A stretch of 64,000 nt of DNA from positions 15,136 through 79,135 of the IMG/VR virus record IMGVR_UViG_2595698618_000001, one strand, 5' to 3'. This stretch comes from a virus (taxonomy: Duplodnaviria; Heunggongvirae; Uroviricota; Caudoviricetes). Positions 20,553 through 30,764 of this stretch are shown piece after piece. Numbering within the stretch: the stretch's first letter is position 1; each line of letters begins with the position of its first letter. Both the position numbers and the translations under genes were made by a program. The notes beneath the pieces were generated by a model. The model worked only from the letters and a program-made list of their open reading frames with translations, did not search any database and was not told the origin of the DNA.

Positions 20553-21616
20553 AATCGTATTCGGTCCAGCGTCCGTCTACCTGTTCACGCATTTCCTCTG
20601 CGAAGGAGTACGGGTATTTCTCGAAGCCCGTAACTTTGAGGGCAAGTGTGTAGACTCGCCCATCTTGGAACTCGTAGTAATCCTTGGTTTCAAGGTTGAA
20701 TACGGTGTCGTCAATGTGGACTTCGTACTGTCCGTCGCTGAGGTTTTCGATACTTCCTTTCGTCATATTGCCGCAGGAGAGTTTGACGAGGTGATAACCC
20801 TCGCTTGCGACATAGCCGCCGTGGACTTCCTCGAATTTGTACGTGTAGCCATTCCATAAGAGTGGGAATGTTTTCATATTTTCCGAGGCGTCTTGCATTT
20901 CTGCGACTAATTCGCTCGGGTCAAGCACGTCGGCTGATTTTGCGGTTACTTCGAAACTATCCATAGTTGTTACTAATGTATGTTACTCGTTCGAAGTATA
21001 AAAAGGTTTCGATTCCTCTTACGAGGAGAACCGCGAATACCAGTCGTCGGAAGCGTCGTAATCCATAGAAACAAACTCTATTTCCATCACGTCACCATCA
21101 TACGTCCATTGTGAGATAATGGAGTCTTTAAATAGTAACTCGTGCTTTTTATTGTATAGTCTGATTGTTTCGCAATCTGGAACGCCGCTGTGTTTAAACG
21201 CACTTTTCGTCGTTAGAGACACAGAAATCGTGCTACCAGTTTGGACAACTTGACCCTCATCGAAGTGCGATGAGTGGACTGTATCGTAATCCCGTTCGAT
21301 GTTTAAGGACAAATCATCGACTGCGACGAATTGCCCGTTGATGACCATTAAGAGTGGTCCGTGGTCGAACAGGTCAAGCATAAGTCCTTCACGATTCCTT
21401 GTGCCACCTGACGTGTTCAACTCTTTCTGCCGGGAATTGTGCGAAGACATATTCTCCGTTCAGCATACCTTCAGTCTCAATCTCACCAGAGTCGTGGTTA
21501 AACTCTGTGTCGTGTACGTGGAGGTCGTATTCTCGGTCAGATTCAAGAATAATCATAAGTTCTCCCATCTCTGTAAGAAGGTTTTCAATGTCTTCGCTTG
21601 TATAAGTCATACACAC
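20545..21616 (-). other. Three hypothetical ORFs (20545..20964, 21019..21450, 21389..21616)
   Basis: Acidic ORFs each near a promoter motif; no family recognised. Confidence 0.5.
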
Positions 21617-21617
21617 A

Positions 21618-21970
21618 CTACTTGGAACTGAACATACTTAAATCTTTCGGTGTCATCAAGTATGCATAAGTCACCAAACCAGCCGACACAAATCCGACTA
21701 ATAACGCCGCAAGTGGAATCACTCCCACGCTTAGAGCAATGCCGACCTGCATCGACGCAATAACGACAAGCGTGATAAGCGCGTAATTAGCAATTAATTC
21801 TACTCGTTTCATAGTTTAACCCCGTATAAATCCATCAGATACATCACCCAAGAACCGGCCATAAAACCGAATGCCAAGAGCGCGGCTTGCGCTCCAAGAA
21901 ACGGCGCGACTGGTGATATGAAAAAGATGAATCCAGCAATCGTCATCACCAACAGTTTTGCTAAAACCAT
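21618..21970 (-). CDS. Two coupled small membrane proteins (21809..21970, 53 aa, below track cutoff; 21618..21812)
   Basis: MVLAKLLVMTIAGFIFF...; ATGA overlap with the next ORF; promoter at ~22000. Confidence 0.6.
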
Positions 21971-22011
21971 ACGACTTAAGGTACGGCGGCCTCCTACTTA
22001 AGTCTTGCGAT

Positions 22012-24891
22012 TCACATAAACTGCGCGAGTCCAGACTGACTCGAATCTGCCACGAGGTCGTCAAAGTCCCACCCCATCGTCTTCACGATAGGCTCGATGG
22101 GACGCCGCAGAGTCTTATTCGCCATCTTATCGTAATCAATGTGAATCGCATCCGGCAAGTTACGCTCGTCATTCAAAGAGAGCGCATCCATATCACGACC
22201 CAGTTCTTTCTGCGTAGGGTCATTTGGAACGTCGTCCTTACCACGCTCCCAACCCTCCTCATAAACGAATACGTCGGGATACGGATAACCCACACGGTCG
22301 ATATAGAACATCAGCGGCTTGTCGCCCGAAGTGATAGTTTCTCCGCTGACGTGAGCGTTAGCGTACTTCGCTCCTCGAATGTGCGGCTGTGGTGTCATAT
22401 ACTTACCGTTTTTATTCGGTCCACCGTATTCTTCGAGCGGCTTGCTGATTGCCGAAGGGATGCCGATTCTCCCCGGTTCTACGCCGCCAGCCGTTGCCTC
22501 GTCCCAGTTCTTCTTGAGATAAGACTGGACACTCGACTTTGGCTCATCCTCTTTGAGAATCCGGTGAAGGACTCCTTTCTGAACTTCCGTGGTAACTTCA
22601 GCCGTGTCGGAGCGCACCAACTCAAAGCCTTTCGTGGCAGGTTCAGGGTCTTCGATTACCTCACCCTCGTCCCACGTTACGAGTTGGCTGTATCGCTTTT
22701 TGACACCCTTGTTCGGGTCGTCCGATTTGAAGTCTCGGAGGAAGAACAGGGAATCCGCATAGGACTCAATCTCGACCTCCATTTTGTGCATATCCGGGTC
22801 GTTAATCCAGAACCGCTCTGCCATAAATCCATCATAGGAATTGTTGACGTGCTGTGCGGCTTGGAAGAACGGCATCTCAGGTTCTTCACCAGCCTCCATT
22901 CGGAGGAAATCTTCCTGAATTTCCTCAGCCGTTACGTCGAGTTCTGGAATCTCCGTCATAACGCTGTCTGTATCGCCGCCAACGCGCTTGGCCTTCGGAT
23001 AGCCATTGTTCTGGAGGAACTGCTCGAACTCATCACTCGTGTAAGTGACAACCTCCTGTCCAGCGAGTGTAATCGTCTCCGCGAGTCTCCAGTCGAAAAG
23101 CCGGAATCCTTTGCCGTAAGAGGCTGAATCCCCGAAAACGCCGTAGAGACTGTTCACGATTCTCTTTACTGCACCGTACTTTTCGTCGGAATATTTGTCC
23201 TTCTTGTATTCATACTTCATATCGGTCATCATCGTGATAACCTCACGGACAAATCCTTCCTTGACCTCCGGCTTGGTGTAGTAAATCGGGCTACGCTGAG
23301 GCGGGCTGTCGCGCTTCACGTCATCGTCACGCCGGTCTACAAAGGCGCGGTAGAGGTCGTCCTCCTCGTATCCCGCTTCCGCCGCTTCTTCGAGACTGTC
23401 GAATACTGTTTCCGGCGAAACGTTGAGCGACCACATCAAGTATGGATACAGACTGGCGAGGTCGGGGTACACAACGTTCTTGTGCTTACCCGGAATCGGA
23501 TTGAAGACCTTGCCACCGTAATACCATCCACGCTCAGGCTTCGTACTGGTAGGCAGAGCCATACCCTTCGAGTACGCTTGGCGAAGGAACAGCACGTCGA
23601 TGATTCCAATATTCGAATCAGCACACTCGCTGTAGGACGTGCCGGTGACGTGACGAATGTGGTCGTACATATCGAGGACGCCTTTTGCTTCCTCAATTTT
23701 TACCACGGCCTCAACGTCTCTTATATTGTATCGCATAAAGTCAACAGGCTCGAACTTCCAGCCCTCGTCCAGCGATTCAATATCTTCCTTCCCGTATCCG
23801 AGTTCGTCGTTGGCGATGTAGCCAAGGCTGTAAGACTTCTTCTCGTGAATCTGTGTCTTCTTATACGCCTGAAGCATATCGAACATCTCACGACCCTTGA
23901 CGAACGGCGTGCCGGAATTGGTCGTGAACGTTTGGTTAAGTGGCGACAGTTCGCTGAACGACCACTCGTTAATCTTCTGACAACGGTTAATCCAGTACGG
24001 ATAGTCGAAACCGTTACCAATGTCGTTCCGTGAACTGTTCCATCCCGTGAGTAGGTCAGGGTCTTTCTCGATAATCCACTCGTTCGCGGAGGCCAGCATT
24101 TCCGCCTCATCCTCGAACACGTCAATCTCGATTTGAGATTCGTCTACGCCATCCGGCAATTCCCATTCAGGACTCTCCCAACGCTCGTCTCCTTCGTCGT
24201 AGAAGAAGTCACTTGGCTTGAGGATTGCGGCTTTGTATTCATCGTCGTAGGTATCGTGTAGTGTATACGACGTAATCGGCTTAGAGGCTTCCTCGGTATC
24301 GGGGAAGACGCCACCACTCCAAACCTCAATGTCGATAGTGACCATTCTCGGGTCCACGTCTGGCAAGTCTTCAGTTGCCTCTATGTCGTCAACGTGGACT
24401 CGCTCCTCTCCCGATGGAAGCGTAAAGCCTCGCTTGATTCCCGTCGAGATAAGGAAACGATTCGTGAAGAACACGTCACCCTCCCACGATTCATCAAAGA
24501 AGTCCCGCAATTCCGAAACGTGCTTCGGCTCTACGGTTTCAATCTTGACCAGATTCCGACCTTGGAGAGTCGTTGCAGGTGCTTCATCGACTTCCGTGAT
24601 GGTTGTATTCATCGAATGCTCGTCTTTGACGAGGACGCTACGTGCTTCCATTGAGCGAATGGCTCCCTCGTTTAGCAAGTCGTCTTGTTTGTCGCGGAAC
24701 TCTCGCTCGCTGATGTAGAAGTACGGGTAAAAGCCTTCGACCTCGACGTAGCGCCGATTCCCCTCTGCGTCACGGCAGAACAACTGCACGATAGGCTCAG
24801 GAATACGATGACCGTCTCGCTCGACGGTATACTCCATCGTCATTACCTTGAGCGTCTCGCGCTCTGAACTGAAACTTGTAAGACCTGACAT
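22012..24891 (-). CDS. polB: Family B DNA polymerase (no intein seen)
   Basis: Exo motifs DIEV, GWNS...FDYPY; Pol motifs DLASLYP, KRIVNSLYG, GDTDS, KKRY. Confidence 0.97.
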   Translation of the reverse strand: MSGLTSFSSERETLKVMTMEYTVERDGHRIPEPIVQLFCRDAEGNRRYVEVEGFYPYFYISEREFRDKQDDLLNEGAIRSMEARSVLVKDEHSMNTTITEVDEAPATTLQGRNLVKIETVEPKHVSELRDFFDESWEGDVFFTNRFLISTGIKRGFTLPSGEERVHVDDIEATEDLPDVDPRMVTIDIEVWSGGVFPDTEEASKPITSYTLHDTYDDEYKAAILKPSDFFYDEGDERWESPEWELPDGVDESQIEIDVFEDEAEMLASANEWIIEKDPDLLTGWNSSRNDIGNGFDYPYWINRCQKINEWSFSELSPLNQTFTTNSGTPFVKGREMFDMLQAYKKTQIHEKKSYSLGYIANDELGYGKEDIESLDEGWKFEPVDFMRYNIRDVEAVVKIEEAKGVLDMYDHIRHVTGTSYSECADSNIGIIDVLFLRQAYSKGMALPTSTKPERGWYYGGKVFNPIPGKHKNVVYPDLASLYPYLMWSLNVSPETVFDSLEEAAEAGYEEDDLYRAFVDRRDDDVKRDSPPQRSPIYYTKPEVKEGFVREVITMMTDMKYEYKKDKYSDEKYGAVKRIVNSLYGVFGDSASYGKGFRLFDWRLAETITLAGQEVVTYTSDEFEQFLQNNGYPKAKRVGGDTDSVMTEIPELDVTAEEIQEDFLRMEAGEEPEMPFFQAAQHVNNSYDGFMAERFWINDPDMHKMEVEIESYADSLFFLRDFKSDDPNKGVKKRYSQLVTWDEGEVIEDPEPATKGFELVRSDTAEVTTEVQKGVLHRILKEDEPKSSVQSYLKKNWDEATAGGVEPGRIGIPSAISKPLEEYGGPNKNGKYMTPQPHIRGAKYANAHVSGETITSGDKPLMFYIDRVGYPYPDVFVYEEGWERGKDDVPNDPTQKELGRDMDALSLNDERNLPDAIHIDYDKMANKTLRRPIEPIVKTMGWDFDDLVADSSQSGLAQFM

Positions 24892-24899
24892 AGCAATAC

Positions 24900-25691
24900 C
24901 TACGGTCTATCCGTACTTAAGCCTTGTGGAAACTTGTGTTCAAATCCCGGTAGCGGTTCACCCATATATTCTAACAATTCGTCACTACCAGATTTATCAA
25001 AGCAAATTGCCTCCTGTTTGTAGTCTTTGGGCAATGGTAATCCAGCATTTTTGAAATAGTTGGTTAATTTATCCCAATTTTCATACTCATTAGAGCAAGC
25101 AATTTTAATTACCTTGGAAGATTTATTATAATTACCATCTCCCACATACCAATGTTTCAATACAGTTGGAGTTAGTTCTATATCCTCTGGAAAGACTTTA
25201 CCACGCTCTGTATACCAATCCGAGAATTGTTCAAAGTTCGGATTTGCTCTACTTTTCCAATAGTATACGTCGCTATAATTCTCGGGTTCCGCATTATCTA
25301 CCAATCCCGAGTCCATAGCATTTCTCGCACTATCGGTAGCACTCTGTTGAAACTTTACTCCTGTGCTTAAATTTTCAAAAATATCATCAAGATATTGAAG
25401 ATACTCTTTTGTAACCATACCACATTGAATGTGTGGATTCCTGTTATCCTGCAAAATTAGCGAACCATCGCCTAATAATAATCCTATAGTTACTTCTACC
25501 TGTTCTTGTGTAAGTTCTGGATAATTACAGGAAGATAGCGCCCAATGATTCCCCAAATTCTTTTTAGGAGCGCCGCAGTCCTGACATACATCCCAAGAGT
25601 CTGGAGAGTGTTCAGGATACTTGCTATAGTGATTATTCCTAAGCGAAGTTTTGCTCGAATACTCCTTTCCGCAAGTGTGGCAACTCTGCAT
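24900..25691 (-). CDS. Free-standing LAGLIDADG homing endonuclease with N-terminal Zn-finger
   Basis: VTIGLLLGDGSL and LKHWYVGDGNY motifs; CHTC...H and CQDC; lower GC than flanks. Confidence 0.85.
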   Translation of the reverse strand: MQSCHTCGKEYSSKTSLRNNHYSKYPEHSPDSWDVCQDCGAPKKNLGNHWALSSCNYPELTQEQVEVTIGLLLGDGSLILQDNRNPHIQCGMVTKEYLQYLDDIFENLSTGVKFQQSATDSARNAMDSGLVDNAEPENYSDVYYWKSRANPNFEQFSDWYTERGKVFPEDIELTPTVLKHWYVGDGNYNKSSKVIKIACSNEYENWDKLTNYFKNAGLPLPKDYKQEAICFDKSGSDELLEYMGEPLPGFEHKFPQGLSTDRP

Positions 25692-25776
25692 ACATATAGT
25701 TATATCTACAACTACTTAAATCTTTTGGTCCACTCATACACTCTGAAAACGAGTCGTAGTAATATAAAGGTTTCGA

Positions 25777-26004
25777 TTACCGCTCTCGAACTTCCTCGTT
25801 CGTCTTAAACTTACAATTATCGCAAAACTCGTAAAACCTATCCTTCGTTGTACCAATAAACGGAATCCCGTGATGGACAAACCACCGATACCGGAACTCG
25901 TGCCTCCCACAATTCGGACACTTCCGATACGGACGCTCCTCCTTCGGCCACGGTCGCGCACCCCTCTCGTAAGTGGAAACCCACTCTACATCTTCAGGCT
26001 TCAT
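25777..26004 (-). CDS. CPxCG zinc-finger small protein
   Basis: KCPNCG...FCDNCK. Confidence 0.65.
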   Translation of the reverse strand: MKPEDVEWVSTYERGARPWPKEERPYRKCPNCGRHEFRYRWFVHHGIPFIGTTKDRFYEFCDNCKFKTNEEVRER

Positions 26005-26450
26005 ATCTCGTCAACCAGAACACTCTTGTCTCCAAGGCGTGCGAGGAGAACACGAATCGCCGTATCTCTATCCGAGTGATAACTGTGCATCATCCACGAT
26101 AGGGGAATCTGCATCTTATCCCGCTTCCCCTGATACCAGATGACGATGGGAATATCGCGTTTAAAGGCTTCGTACATATAGACAACTGCTCCGACAAGGA
26201 ATGCGTCATCCTGCCACGAGACGAGTAAACCGTCCACGTCCTTCATTTTATCGACTACAGGCTCCATAATTTCATCAGGGTTATCGTAAGGGTCGTCCAC
26301 GTCGTCCCCAATCTGGTATGGATTAATGAAGTCGTAGTCGGGGTATTCGTCTGATACGTCCTCCTGCCAGCCGAACGGGTCGTCGTAGGTGGTCGCTCCG
26401 CAGACCATAATCATCTTCTTTGACCCGTCGTTGAAATTAAAGCCACTCAT
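26001..26450 (-). CDS. Nucleoside 2'-deoxyribosyltransferase-like protein
   Basis: Small flavodoxin-like pattern: VCGATT...W...FINPY...DVDGLLV...GAVVYMYEA. Confidence 0.55.
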   Translation of the reverse strand: MSGFNFNDGSKKMIMVCGATTYDDPFGWQEDVSDEYPDYDFINPYQIGDDVDDPYDNPDEIMEPVVDKMKDVDGLLVSWQDDAFLVGAVVYMYEAFKRDIPIVIWYQGKRDKMQIPLSWMMHSYHSDRDTAIRVLLARLGDKSVLVDEI

Positions 26451-26656
26451 TCTTCTACCTCAGTATTTACGTCGAGTAGGACAATCTCTGCGTCACGGAA
26501 CTGCTTGGCGAGAATCTGCTCAACAGCAGGCTCCATCTGTTCCGCGACTTCTTCGAGACTATCCGCCCCCTTTGCTTCGAGAACTGCTTCCTTGTCCTCG
26601 TCCGAAACTTCCTTCTTCGTGAGCATCGTGATTTGGGTTACTACTTCACTCATACG

Positions 26657-27085
26657 TTAGAATAGGTCTTTGTCCGACTTAAGTGTTGCGGTTGCATTAG
26701 CCGCAGTCTCAATATCAACATCAGCACTCATCCCATACCCAAGCAACTCCTCTATCTCTCGTTCAATAGAAACTTCTTTATCTGGTGTCATTGGGTCGCC
26801 TATATGCTTCATCATCACTTTATCCGTGATAACTTCCTCAAGGCTGTCGTGGTCGCTATCACACGAATCAACGACAAATGGATAAAAAGAGTAGAGTTGA
26901 AATAGTTGTGCGTCGAGTCCACTTAGGCGAAAATACTCGTTGTCTTTCGTGAACTCTCGCTGGCAGGAGAGACATTTTGCCTGATATTTGTCAGGCATTG
27001 CACCGAAGGCAACGTGGTGTCCGTTGACTTCCGCGATTCCGTAAGAACCAATTCGGATATTTTGGTCTAACTCTATAACTACCAT
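26657..27085 (-). CDS. Zn-ribbon paralog family member
   Basis: GHHVAF...CLSC...LYSF...SC. Confidence 0.55.
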   Translation of the reverse strand: MVVIELDQNIRIGSYGIAEVNGHHVAFGAMPDKYQAKCLSCQREFTKDNEYFRLSGLDAQLFQLYSFYPFVVDSCDSDHDSLEEVITDKVMMKHIGDPMTPDKEVSIEREIEELLGYGMSADVDIETAANATATLKSDKDLF

Positions 27086-27130
27086 ACGAAAAGATGGTTC
27101 TCTAACTATTTAAGTCTTACGGAAGAAATA

Positions 27131-27217
27131 CGCCGAGAGCAGGAGTCGAACCTGCAAGCCATATCTCAGGACACGATGGTTCCAGCATCGCGGGGTCGCC
27201 CATCCCCTTGTCACGGC
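27131..27217 (-). tRNA. trnS: tRNA-Ser(GGA)
   Basis: cgatg-ctGGAac-catcg; long variable arm; T-loop GTTCGACTC; G73. Confidence 0.85.
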
Positions 27218-27473
27218 TCAGTTTACTTTAAATTGTGACTCGTCTTTATAACCGAAAATACGAGCATTATCGACTTTCTTTGTATAGTCGAACAGGCAGT
27301 CTTCGCAAAAGTCTACGTAGAAGGTCTTGTCAGGCTCGCCCTCGTAAGTTTGTTGGAGTTCGTATTCTGCATCATCGGAGCAATCCCGGCTAAAGCAAAC
27401 TCCTAATTCTTCTTCGAGGTCGTCCTCGTGAGTGACCTTCTCTATATTTCTTTTGCTCAAGTCGCCTGCCATA

Positions 27474-27548
27474 TGGGTGCGAGAGGATTTGAACCTCAAA
27501 TCACCGCAATGTCAATGCGGTATCTTAACCGAGTTGGACCACACACCC
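27474..27548 (-). tRNA. trnV: tRNA-Val(GAC)
   Basis: ccgca-ttGACat-tgcgg; GTTCAAATC. Confidence 0.9.
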
Positions 27549-27552
27549 TCTA

Positions 27553-27627
27553 TACGGGCAGAAGGATTTGAACCTTCAACATCTCCGATGTAAGCGGAGT
27601 ATTCTGACCAGATTGAATTATACCCGT
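27553..27627 (-). tRNA. trnV: tRNA-Val(TAC)
   Basis: ctccg-ctTACat-cggag. Confidence 0.9.
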
Positions 27628-27634
27628 GCGTGAA

Positions 27635-27705
27635 TTGGCTGGAAGGGAGTCGAACCCATATCTCGGCGTCCCAAACGCCGAATCGTACCATTGGACCACC
27701 AGCCA
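27635..27705 (-). tRNA. trnP: tRNA-Pro(TGG)
   Basis: cggcg-ttTGGga-cgccg. Confidence 0.85.
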
Positions 27706-28509
27706 GCGTAATAGTAGGATACGGGTTCCTACTACTTAAACCTTTCGGTTTAGTTTAGGTCTACGTTTGGGAGCGAGCGTTTATGCTCCTGAATCCACGG
27801 CGTGTTCTCTAAAGCGTCGATGACGCTTGAGTATAGCGCGGAGTCAGTTGCAGAATCCGCCCACGATTTTGAACCAACCTCGTCTTCGAGGAGGTTCTTC
27901 ACCGTGTTGCGAGATTCGTTGGTCTTGACCCAAACCGATTTGTCTTGAGTGAATGTAACCGGAATCTTCTTCCAGTTATCGTCTTCCGCAAGCATCGTCT
28001 GCTTTAATTCACGCATACGCTCGCGCTTTTTACGGCGCTCCTTCTTCTTACGCTGATGGTATGCGTGACGCATATTACCTCCCATTGCAATCTATACTTG
28101 GACTCCCTAATACTTAAAGGTTTCGATGCGCCTTCTCAAGCAAATACATCATATACACTTGTCGCCGCCACTTTTCAGTAGGAAACTCACCCTCAGTATA
28201 TCCGAAGTAAATTCCAGTAATCGGATGAGTGATAGTCCCACCTACGTTAATATACTGCTCACCCTTGTAATTAATTACGTCGCCGTCGTGTATCACAGGT
28301 ACATAGCCCCCGTAGTTTGATTAAGACAAATGTAAAGACGACTTCACACAATTCAGTTTGCTTACTCGCTCCAATATCGTCTTGCGCCCTGAATGTCGTG
28401 AGGTACTTTTCATCTTTGCCAAATTCAAGGTGCGCGACCTCACCGCACGAATTACACTCTGCTTGGTATCCGTTAGCGGCGTAACCCATATTGCACCAGT
28501 CTGGTTCGT

Positions 28510-29016
28510 TCATTTCAGGAAGTCAACAGCATCCGCGAGACTATGGATTCTATCACACGATTTGCTTCCTGCATCATCTAAGTGGGCGTTCCACGGTTGG
28601 TCACGGAGTAGAAGCCGACACTCTCCAAACATATCAGGGTTATCATCAATGAACACGTCGAACTGTTCGAAATGATACTTTGGAACGCCAGTTGAAGTAT
28701 ACGAGTCGTATTCGATTCCGTGTTCTTCGAGCCACCAGACAATACTCTCATCAACGTGTTCCCGTGCTGTGAGGATGTGAACTTCATTATTCTCCCGAAG
28801 TTCAGACACGTATCTGTCGAGGTTTGGCTCCTCGGGTGGAATGAATTGTGGGTTGTGACGCCATACTGCGTCGGTGACTCCCATATAGACTTGCCATTGA
28901 TGGTCGGATAAATCCCATTCTCCGAGCAATTCCGCTCTGTCGAGTTTGTCGGTGCTTTGCAAAGCGGCTTCGTTTGTATCCGCTAATACTGATTCAACGT
29001 CGAGTGCTATCTTCAT
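28510..29016 (-). CDS. HAD-family 5'(3')-deoxyribonucleotidase-like
   Basis: MKIALDVESVLAD; ILTAR; VFIDDNP; DQPWN. Confidence 0.75.
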   Translation of the reverse strand: MKIALDVESVLADTNEAALQSTDKLDRAELLGEWDLSDHQWQVYMGVTDAVWRHNPQFIPPEEPNLDRYVSELRENNEVHILTAREHVDESIVWWLEEHGIEYDSYTSTGVPKYHFEQFDVFIDDNPDMFGECRLLLRDQPWNAHLDDAGSKSCDRIHSLADAVDFLK

Positions 29017-29235
29017 ATTCTGTTACTGTAATTTCTAATCGGGGGATTTTGCCGCCTTCTGGAACTATATCCCATTCTTCCGAGTGTAGCACGAGCCAGT
29101 ACGTATCTCGCTCGAAATCAGGGAATAGTTCAATAAATTGAGCATCTTCTGGTAGGTCTGTTTCGCAAGCGCGGCGAGACTTGAGCATATCAGCAAGGAA
29201 CGTCTTGCTAACCTCAACTCGCTTGAGTCGTCGCT

Positions 29236-29598
29236 TCATTCTATCACGTCCAAGATAGTCTTACACGAGTCACACCAGTAAATATCTTTCGTGTCAATGG
29301 TGGAGCCTCGGACAACTCGCTTCATCTTCTCACGGGATACTTCGCCCCACGGGTGCTGGCATTCGTCTGGATTCTCGGGAACATCTTCGTTTACTTCAGG
29401 TGAATCAGACGTATCATCGGAGTCGGGGTCGGGTGCGTCTTCTGCTGAAACTTCTACGTCGAAGTCCTCGACAGAGCCTTCTTCTGGCTCCTCGTCATCA
29501 GCACCTTCGTCGTCTCCGTCCCATTTTAATCCAGCCATCTTACTCCACCAACTCATACGTAATGCCTTCAGGAGCGACAATCTCTCCGTCAACGTCAC
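29236..29598 (-). CDS. Acidic protein with C-terminal Cys/His zinc motif
   Basis: ECQHPW...WCDSCK. Confidence 0.5.
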   Translation of the reverse strand: MTLTERLSLLKALRMSWWSKMAGLKWDGDDEGADDEEPEEGSVEDFDVEVSAEDAPDPDSDDTSDSPEVNEDVPENPDECQHPWGEVSREKMKRVVRGSTIDTKDIYWCDSCKTILDVIE

Positions 29599-29705
29599 TC
29601 ACATCCATTCTTGATTCCATACCGTTACCTCGCATAATAATCTCATCTTCATCACTAACGTCTATTGTTTGCCGTGGCATACGGGAAGATACGGGCTGAC
29701 ACTAC

Positions 29706-30266
29706 TTAAATCTTGCGCTTATAGTGGAATACCGCATCGTGGATTCCCTCATACGAAGGAATGTCGATAGTCTTCATCAGCGCATAACGCTCGTCCAACG
29801 TCTCGTGGAATACGTCGTCGCCCGTACATCCACCCATTCCTTCTCCGATGTAGACTACATCAGTCCCACCATTGATAGCGTGCGTGTCGAGAGCCTCTCG
29901 CGCCATTGGCTCACCATAGGGAGGCCAGCATAGTAGGAGTGTTGGCTCTCCGTTGATGCGTTGAAGCATTTCTTCTGTGCCTTCGTATACTGTCGTCCAC
30001 GTTTCCTCGGGAGGGTCTATATCTATTGGGCGAACGCTGGCTCCGGCGTCTTGGAGCATCCACGCCCAATATCCTTTGCCTGCACCGATTTCTACAATGG
30101 GCGATAATTCTGCAATGTAACTAATCGCTTCTTCGTTTGGGATAGCCCAACTGTACGTTTCGACTAAATCTCCGCGCTGTCCGAACCATTGCTGTGCCCT
30201 GAACGAATCTTTGTTCTGCAATTTACGGAACTCGCGGAGGTAGTAGTTTTCGGAGTAGTCTGCCAT
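29706..30266 (-). CDS. SAM-dependent methyltransferase-like protein
   Basis: YSWAIP...IVEIGAGKGYWAWML; LLLCWPP; VVYIGE; likely start MADYS at 30266. Confidence 0.6.
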   Translation of the reverse strand: MADYSENYYLREFRKLQNKDSFRAQQWFGQRGDLVETYSWAIPNEEAISYIAELSPIVEIGAGKGYWAWMLQDAGASVRPIDIDPPEETWTTVYEGTEEMLQRINGEPTLLLCWPPYGEPMAREALDTHAINGGTDVVYIGEGMGGCTGDDVFHETLDERYALMKTIDIPSYEGIHDAVFHYKRKI

Positions 30267-30306
30267 ACTTGGTAGTATGGGTTGATGACTATTAAAAGTA
30301 TCGGAG

Positions 30307-30391
30307 TAGGCCGGACAGGATTTGAACCTGTGAAGAACTAATCGGGGCATCTTAAGTGCCCTGCCTTTGACCAGACTCGGCGCACCGACCT
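30307..30391 (-). tRNA. trnL: tRNA-Leu(TAA)
   Basis: gggca-ctTAAga-tgccc; long V arm. Confidence 0.9.
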
Positions 30392-30395
30392 ATAG

Positions 30396-30478
30396 TGAGC
30401 GGAGCAGGATTCGAACCTGCGAAGGACTATACCGGGAGGATTTGACTCTCCTGCCTTTGACCACTTGGCTATCCACTC
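30396..30478 (-). tRNA. trnL: tRNA-Leu(CAA)
   Basis: ggaga-gtCAAat-cctcc (31:39 mismatch); long V arm. Confidence 0.8.
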
Positions 30479-30481
30479 AGA

Positions 30482-30565
30482 TGCACCCGCTTGGAATCGA
30501 ACCAAGAAAGCCCCTACGGGCAAGGCCCCTCAAGCCTATGGGTTTCACCAGTTCCCTACAGATGC
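30482..30565 (-). tRNA. trnL: tRNA-Leu(GAG)
   Basis: aggc-ttGAGgg-gcct; long V arm. Confidence 0.8.
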
Positions 30566-30572
30566 GCGTAAT

Positions 30573-30650
30573 TCAGCAAAGTTGAGAGTGAGGTTGGTTT
30601 CTGAATCCCAAGATTTTGGTGGAATTGAAGTATCTCACTCCCTCGGCTGA
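30573..30650 (-). ncRNA. Y-RNA-like RNA #1 (78 nt) between Leu tRNAs
   Basis: UCAGC[C]GAGG/CUUUGCUGA bulged-C helix plus GAGUGAG/CUCACUC; shares 20/22 nt with the RNA upstream of TROVE. Confidence 0.65.
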
Positions 30651-30734
30651 TGAGCCGGGCAGGATTCGAACCTGCAAAGCACTAAAGCGCGAGGTCCTAA
30701 GCCTCGTGAGTTTAACCATTTCTCGTACCGACTC
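30651..30734 (-). tRNA. trnL: tRNA-Leu(TAG)
   Basis: cgagg-ctTAGga-cctcg; long V arm. Confidence 0.9.
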
Positions 30735-30764
30735 GCGTATTTACACTATACGAACTCCTACTAT

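Noticed and set aside
21958-24033. Long + strand ORFs antisense to polB (389 aa, 183 aa), and similar ones opposite rtcB (56665..58023), nrdJ, TROVE, tape measure and baseplate J
   Set aside because: Shadow ORFs from codon bias and TAG/CTAG scarcity; basic, non-halophilic composition; no promoter or RBS.
22012-24891. Intein in PolB or NrdJ
   Set aside because: No C/S...HN-C/S/T splice motifs or LAGLIDADG insert within either ORF.
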